Shown here piece after piece: positions 27,594 to 31,983 of a stretch of DNA of 31,983 bases. Origin of the DNA: Actinomycetota bacterium (GTDB lineage: Bacteria > Actinomycetota > Actinomycetes > Nanopelagicales > Nanopelagicaceae). Both the position numbers and the translations under genes were made by a program. Position 1 is the stretch's first letter. Each line of letters begins with the position of its first letter. The notes beneath the pieces were generated by a model. The model was not told the DNA's origin. It did not search any database and was given only the letters and a program-made list of their open reading frames with translations. Location of the stretch: contig RGYL01000001.1 in NCBI GenBank assembly GCA_010032085.1, forward strand, positions 1 to 31,983, read 5' to 3'.

Positions 27594-28538
27594 ATGACTT
27601 TTGACATTGGTATCGATGTCGGAGGTACCAAGGTCCTTGCCGGCGTCGTCGACTCTCAAGGAAAAATAATTGAGAAGCTCCGTCGCGAGACGCCGATTGA
27701 AGGCGGTAATTCGCTCACCAAAGTTATCGCCGAGATGGCTAATGAACTTAAATCAAAACATGACGTGCAAGGAATAGGTGTTTGCTCCGCGGGATTCTTT
27801 GCTCCGAATCGAAGAAAGATAATTGCTAACCCAAATATAGCTAATTGGAATGGTGTAGAGCTTGCCGATGAACTTGAAGAGTTAATTTCGCGCCCCGTTG
27901 TTCTGGAAAATGATGCCAATGCTGCGGCTTGGGGTGAGCGACAATTTGGCGCAGGTAAAGAATCTGATGAATTGGTCTTACTCACTATTGGTACAGGCCT
28001 TGGCGGAGGGTTAATCACTGCTGGAAAGATTTTCCGAGGATCACGTGGCGCTGCCGCAGAATTTGGACATATGCGCGCAGTCCCAGATGGACACCTCTGT
28101 GGTTGCGGATTGCGTGGTTGCTACGAGCAATATGCATCGGGTACGGCGCTGATGCGCCATGCGCGAGAATCCATCGCTGCATCGCCTGATCGAGCGCGCG
28201 CTCTACTTGCGAGAGGAAATGGAACACTCGATGGACTCACCGGCGAGCACCTCACTGCTGCGGCGAAAGATGGCGACCCAGTTGCGATTGCTGCCTTTAA
28301 TACAACTGGATATTGGATCGGAGTTTTGGTCGCAACACTTGAAGCAGCGCTTGATCCAGCGAAGGTAGTAATTGGTGGGGGAGTAATCGCAGCCGGAGAA
28401 ATCTTGCTTCGTCCCATTCGTGAATCAATGTCACAACATTCTCTATTTCGAGGTAAGCGCGAGCTACCGGAACTAGTGGCTGCAACCTTGGGAAATGATG
28501 CCGGGCTTATTGGCGTTGCCAACATCTCCCGCTATTAA
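27594..28538 (+). CDS. glk: ROK-family glucokinase
   Basis: GIDVGGTK, LENDANAAA, TIGTGLGGG, EFGH, CGCGLRGCYEQYASG, IGGGV, LGNDAG. Confidence 0.9.
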   Translation: MTFDIGIDVGGTKVLAGVVDSQGKIIEKLRRETPIEGGNSLTKVIAEMANELKSKHDVQGIGVCSAGFFAPNRRKIIANPNIANWNGVELADELEELISRPVVLENDANAAAWGERQFGAGKESDELVLLTIGTGLGGGLITAGKIFRGSRGAAAEFGHMRAVPDGHLCGCGLRGCYEQYASGTALMRHARESIAASPDRARALLARGNGTLDGLTGEHLTAAAKDGDPVAIAAFNTTGYWIGVLVATLEAALDPAKVVIGGGVIAAGEILLRPIRESMSQHSLFRGKRELPELVAATLGNDAGLIGVANISRY

Positions 28539-29521
28539 TCGTTATTTTCAAAGGGATACTTGAGATCTATCTGATAGCGGATCTCATCCATACAGTCCAT
28601 GATTGCGAGTGACTCGTCATGGGACATCAAAGGGCTTTCAATAGCTCCGCTTCGAACTATCTCTGCAAAGTGATCAGCCTGTTCACGGATTCCGTGACCT
28701 TGATAGTTAGCTGGAATTTCTTGAGTCGCCTCTCCATCGATAATCACACGCATTGAAGTTGGAGTATAGAAATTACTATCTACCTCAATTCGCCCACGTG
28801 TCCCGATAATTTTGGCGGTACAAGGAGTTCTCACCTCTAAAGTCGTGGTCATAATTGAGTGCTGTCCAGATACATAACTAAAAATGAATGAAGTCTGGGC
28901 ATCAACGCCAGTGTCAGTTTTTATCGAAGTAGCCATCACAGAATCTGGATCACCAAGGATCATGAAGGTTAGAGAGATTGGATAGATTCCTAAATCAAGA
29001 AGCGCACCGCCCGCTAACTCTGGCGCATGAAGGCGATAGTAAGGATTGGCAGGAAGTGCTTGGCCGTGATCGGCATAGATTGCAACAAGTTCACCTAATT
29101 CACCAGACGCTACGACTTCGCGGATTACTTGGTAGGTTGGCAAAAATCGACTCCACATCCCTTCCATTAGCGCGACGTGATTCGCTCTTGATGCGGCAAC
29201 CATCGCTTCTGCCTCTTTAACATTTACCGCGAAGGGCTTCTCGCAAAGAACCGGCTTCCCGGCATTGAGCGCGAGTATGGAATTTTCGGCATGGAGAGTG
29301 TGCGGCGTGGCCACATAGATTGCATCTACATCCGATTCAACTAAGGCTTCATAACTTCCATAGGGTTGAGCAGAAAACTCCGCTGCAAAACTCTCCGCTT
29401 TACCAATTGTTCTAGAGCCAACTGCGCCAATCTCGTGGCCGGGCAGAAGCTGTAGGTCGCGCGCGAAAGTCCGGGCGATTCCCCCTGTGCCCAATATTCC
29501 CCAACGGAAGGATTCAGACAT
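28535..29521 (-). CDS. Gfo/Idh/MocA family oxidoreductase
   Basis: WGILGTGGIA, YVATPHTLH, VLCEKP, GGALLDLGIY. Confidence 0.92.
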   Translation of the reverse strand: MSESFRWGILGTGGIARTFARDLQLLPGHEIGAVGSRTIGKAESFAAEFSAQPYGSYEALVESDVDAIYVATPHTLHAENSILALNAGKPVLCEKPFAVNVKEAEAMVAASRANHVALMEGMWSRFLPTYQVIREVVASGELGELVAIYADHGQALPANPYYRLHAPELAGGALLDLGIYPISLTFMILGDPDSVMATSIKTDTGVDAQTSFIFSYVSGQHSIMTTTLEVRTPCTAKIIGTRGRIEVDSNFYTPTSMRVIIDGEATQEIPANYQGHGIREQADHFAEIVRSGAIESPLMSHDESLAIMDCMDEIRYQIDLKYPFENND

Positions 29522-30621
29522 TAGAGCGCAACCCCATCTCCATCATCTTGCTCCGGCTTCATCTGCCAGAAAAAAGTTGTAACTCCAGCTAGAAGCGCGA
29601 GTAGCCCAGGCCAAATTCCCAAACCCAAAGGATCAAAGGAAGAAACCTGATTGATAAGTATGTAAGCGGGGCCCAAAGTGACACCCAACAGCGCTCCTCG
29701 CTGTATTGATGTGAGCGTCGGTAAGGCTCGGTTATCTCCTTGATATTTTTCAGCCGCATCAATATTTTCAAGTTCATCGAGAAAAGTAGTAGGAGCTGAT
29801 TGATCTAACTCAAGACCCTCCACTATCGAGGCAAATTCCTCATTGATAGTTGCACTCTCATCGCCCAATGAAACTTGTCCAGTAAGGACATCGGTCATGA
29901 AAGTATGGCTTTCCTCAATTAAAACGCCACACTCATAATCTAGAGCGACATTGTGAAATGACTCTTCAAAAATTACTTCGCGAATATCGACTGAGGAGAT
30001 ATTTTCGATAACAAATTCTGAGTTCTTCGGATCGACAACATGATCGTTAACGGAGTAACCAATCATGAGCGGGGCGTTAATAGAAACTAAATCTTGCTGT
30101 GCCACTCGCCACAGTTCCTGTAAGGAATGAAGCGCCTTTAGCGGTGTACGTCCGTAGCTGTGCCGCGGGGGATTAGGCGCCGCTACATCGGTACCACGAC
30201 CTTTAATCGATGGGATCAAGTACTTTAGTAAAGGAACAAACTTCATTATTAATCGACTATCACCAATCGAGGGATTTACAAGAATCAATCCTTCAATCTC
30301 GCGGCCAAATTTCCGAGTGAGCCGAATTGAAAGTGCACCACCCATAGAAAATCCCGCAATAAAAATACGGCGATGGCGCTTACGTAATTCAATAAATGAG
30401 CTTTCGACTTCGGAATACCAGTCTTGCCATTTAGTCTGGTTCATCTCGGGCCAAGATGTTCCGTGTCCGGGCAACCGAGGAACTTTTACCGTGAATCCCT
30501 TTTTGTGAAGGCCCTCAGCCCAAGGGCGAATGGATGCGGGTGAGCCAGTAAATCCATGGATCATAAGTACGGCAATCTCTCCGCCTAAGAGCTCAAATGG
30601 CTCAGCGTGAGGAATGCTCAT
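29521..30621 (-). CDS. Alpha/beta-hydrolase carboxylesterase fused to a C-terminal acidic linker and two-TM module
   Basis: HGFTGSP, GFSMGG nucleophile, DHVV, SFHNVALD; about 115 extra residues with two hydrophobic helices ending in DDGDGVAL. Confidence 0.88.
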   Translation of the reverse strand: MSIPHAEPFELLGGEIAVLMIHGFTGSPASIRPWAEGLHKKGFTVKVPRLPGHGTSWPEMNQTKWQDWYSEVESSFIELRKRHRRIFIAGFSMGGALSIRLTRKFGREIEGLILVNPSIGDSRLIMKFVPLLKYLIPSIKGRGTDVAAPNPPRHSYGRTPLKALHSLQELWRVAQQDLVSINAPLMIGYSVNDHVVDPKNSEFVIENISSVDIREVIFEESFHNVALDYECGVLIEESHTFMTDVLTGQVSLGDESATINEEFASIVEGLELDQSAPTTFLDELENIDAAEKYQGDNRALPTLTSIQRGALLGVTLGPAYILINQVSSFDPLGLGIWPGLLALLAGVTTFFWQMKPEQDDGDGVAL

Positions 30622-30680
30622 GCGCCCGATAGTGTCACAAAGTTGTACCTAGAATCCAAAAGAGGCTCTAAATTAGCGTC

Positions 30681-31445
30681 ATGGTCGCAAGGCGAAAGCG
30701 CAAGAATGTCTCTGACGTTGTACAAGGTGACAAGGTCGCTTATGGATTGCTTAAATCTTTTCTTCTTCCCATCCTCACCCTGTTATTTAGACCCAAAGTA
30801 AAAGGGCTAAGAAATGTCCCGGCAAATGGCCCAGTGATTATTGCCTCAAACCATCTCTCGTTTAGCGATTCAATTTTTATGCCCTTGGTTGTGCCACGAA
30901 AGGTAACTTTCTTGGCAAAGAGTGAGTACTTCACTTCTCCGGGACCAAAGGGACTTCTTAAAAAATTAGCATTTATCGCCTTAGGTCAGGTGCCAGTTGA
31001 TCGCGCAGGTGGATCGCGCAGTGAAGCTGCTCTCTTGACCGGGTTATCGGTTCTCTCAAAAGGGGAGTGCCTAGGTATTTATCCAGAGGGAACGAGATCC
31101 CCAGATGGCAGGCTTTACAGAGGTCGCACTGGCGTGGCTCGACTCGCTTTTGAATCTGGCGCTCCAGTCGTACCAGTTGCAATGTTTAACACCGATGAGA
31201 TTCAACCAACAGGGAAAGTTATTCCAAAAATAATGCGGGTGAAAATGATTTTTGGTGAACCGATGTACTTCCAGGGTCCAGAAAAGTCAGCTAGCCCAGA
31301 AGAATTACGTAAGGCTACAGATCAGATTATGAAGAAATTACAGGATATGTCCGGACAAGAGTATGTAGATATTTATGCCTCACAGGCGAAAGAGGCTATC
31401 GCTGAGGAGAAGCGGAGAAATTCAGATAAGGACGAAGAGGAGTAG
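30681..31445 (+). CDS. plsC: Lysophospholipid (1-acyl-sn-glycerol-3-phosphate) acyltransferase
   Basis: SNHLSFSDS (NHxxxxD), FLAKSEYF, PVDR, YPEGTRS. Confidence 0.93.
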   Translation: MVARRKRKNVSDVVQGDKVAYGLLKSFLLPILTLLFRPKVKGLRNVPANGPVIIASNHLSFSDSIFMPLVVPRKVTFLAKSEYFTSPGPKGLLKKLAFIALGQVPVDRAGGSRSEAALLTGLSVLSKGECLGIYPEGTRSPDGRLYRGRTGVARLAFESGAPVVPVAMFNTDEIQPTGKVIPKIMRVKMIFGEPMYFQGPEKSASPEELRKATDQIMKKLQDMSGQEYVDIYASQAKEAIAEEKRRNSDKDEEE

Positions 31446-31979
31446 TTACTCGGCTCCAAAAACTTCGCGGCGATCTGAGATAAATTTACAAGTCTCACAG
31501 GAACTATCTTTAGTTGGAGTTGGCCCAGAAATCATGGTTATAAATTCTCCCAACCGGGATTGAAGTGCATCTGGATCTCTCTTAATGGGAAACCATGAGC
31601 TATTTAGTTCAAGATTAAAACCGGAATCGGGATTTCCTACAGGTTTCTTGGGTGACCAAACCAGAAGTCCCATAACTGAAATTTTCATAGGATTTCCAGA
31701 TGCCGGGTTCTCTAACGCAAATGCATATGCCTCGAGTTGGGGAGCATAAAACTCGCTCTTATCATTATCTTTTCCTTGGAATTTACAATCAATAATCCCG
31801 TATGTGCCATCGGTGAATTCCATTAATAAGTCATACTTTCCGCGAATCGCGTAGGGAGATGGATTTCCATTAAATGGAATCGGGATTGATTTCACCCAAG
31901 CTCCGCGTCCTACAACTTTTCCTTTAGGCAGCGCTGGATGAAGCGCACCCGACTCTGCATTTGAGAAGTGGTTTTCATT
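31446..31979 (-). CDS. PD-(D/E)XK nuclease-family protein (RecB/Cas4-like), 5' end unresolved at the window edge
   Basis: RGKYDLL...GIIDCK catalytic motifs, QLEAYAFAL (QxxxY) helix, C-terminal CETC. The frame is open to a TAA at 31980-31982. Confidence 0.72.
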   Translation of the reverse strand, partial: NENHFSNAESGALHPALPKGKVVGRGAWVKSIPIPFNGNPSPYAIRGKYDLLMEFTDGTYGIIDCKFQGKDNDKSEFYAPQLEAYAFALENPASGNPMKISVMGLLVWSPKKPVGNPDSGFNLELNSSWFPIKRDPDALQSRLGEFITMISGPTPTKDSSCETCKFISDRREVFGAE

Positions 31980-31983
31980 TTAT

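Noticed and set aside
30633-30648. GTCAC-n6-GTACC (and GTTAC-n5-GTTAG near 7078) as GlnR/MtrA-like boxes
   Set aside because: Degenerate second half-sites and inconsistent spacing; cannot be supported from sequence alone.
349-30934. Numerous 60-134 aa antisense or alternate-frame ORFs in the ORF track (e.g. 4133-4486, 15690-16046, 20440-20781, 21002-21376, 28121-28525)
   Set aside because: They lie inside well-supported genes, show no recognisable motifs and have the Ser/Ala/Arg-rich composition of shadow ORFs.
31446-31983. CRISPR-Cas interpretation of the Cas4-like gene
   Set aside because: No repeat-spacer array or other cas gene in the window, and only two C-terminal Cys rather than the three typical of Cas4.
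1-31983. tRNA, rRNA, tmRNA, riboswitch, IS or integrase
   Set aside because: No intergenic gap exceeds 150 nt, and none shows cloverleaf, known aptamer or terminal-repeat features; no transposase or recombinase motifs in the ORFs.

Overview
A gene-dense, mostly housekeeping window from an actinobacterial chromosome. Tiny intergenic gaps and moderate GC (visually just under 50%, not computed) suggest a streamlined freshwater lineage such as Ca. Nanopelagicales/acI; this is inference. Three conserved actinobacterial blocks are present: (i) rpsP-khpA-rimM-trmD, with no rplS after it; (ii) DUF4193 / DUF3093 / PaaI thioesterase-dut-DUF3159 / trkA-trkA / TRAM RNA methyltransferase-acnA-dxs / fadB-fadA / rnd-DUF3000; (iii) small Cys-rich protein-NlpC/P60-PimB'-like GT4 / fadD / SRPBCC-glucokinase / esterase / plsC. 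Apparent accessory insertions are an Fe3+-type ABC transporter, an EamA and a RibD-like gene, a damaged HisKA_3/LuxR two-component pair, a Gfo/Idh/MocA oxidoreductase and a PD-(D/E)XK nuclease at the right edge. No rRNA, tRNA, CRISPR array or transposase was seen, and I found no clearly new multi-gene system. The best leads are: a perfect 28-bp palindrome over the predicted -35 of the iron-transporter promoter that matches no iron-regulator box I know; a kinase/regulator pair apparently collapsed at an 8-9 nt junction; 14 start codons with TANNNT exactly 6-7 nt upstream (pervasive leaderless architecture); a GACACGCC motif repeated in two promoter regions; an esterase fused to a membrane module; and a solo RecB/Cas4-like nuclease.
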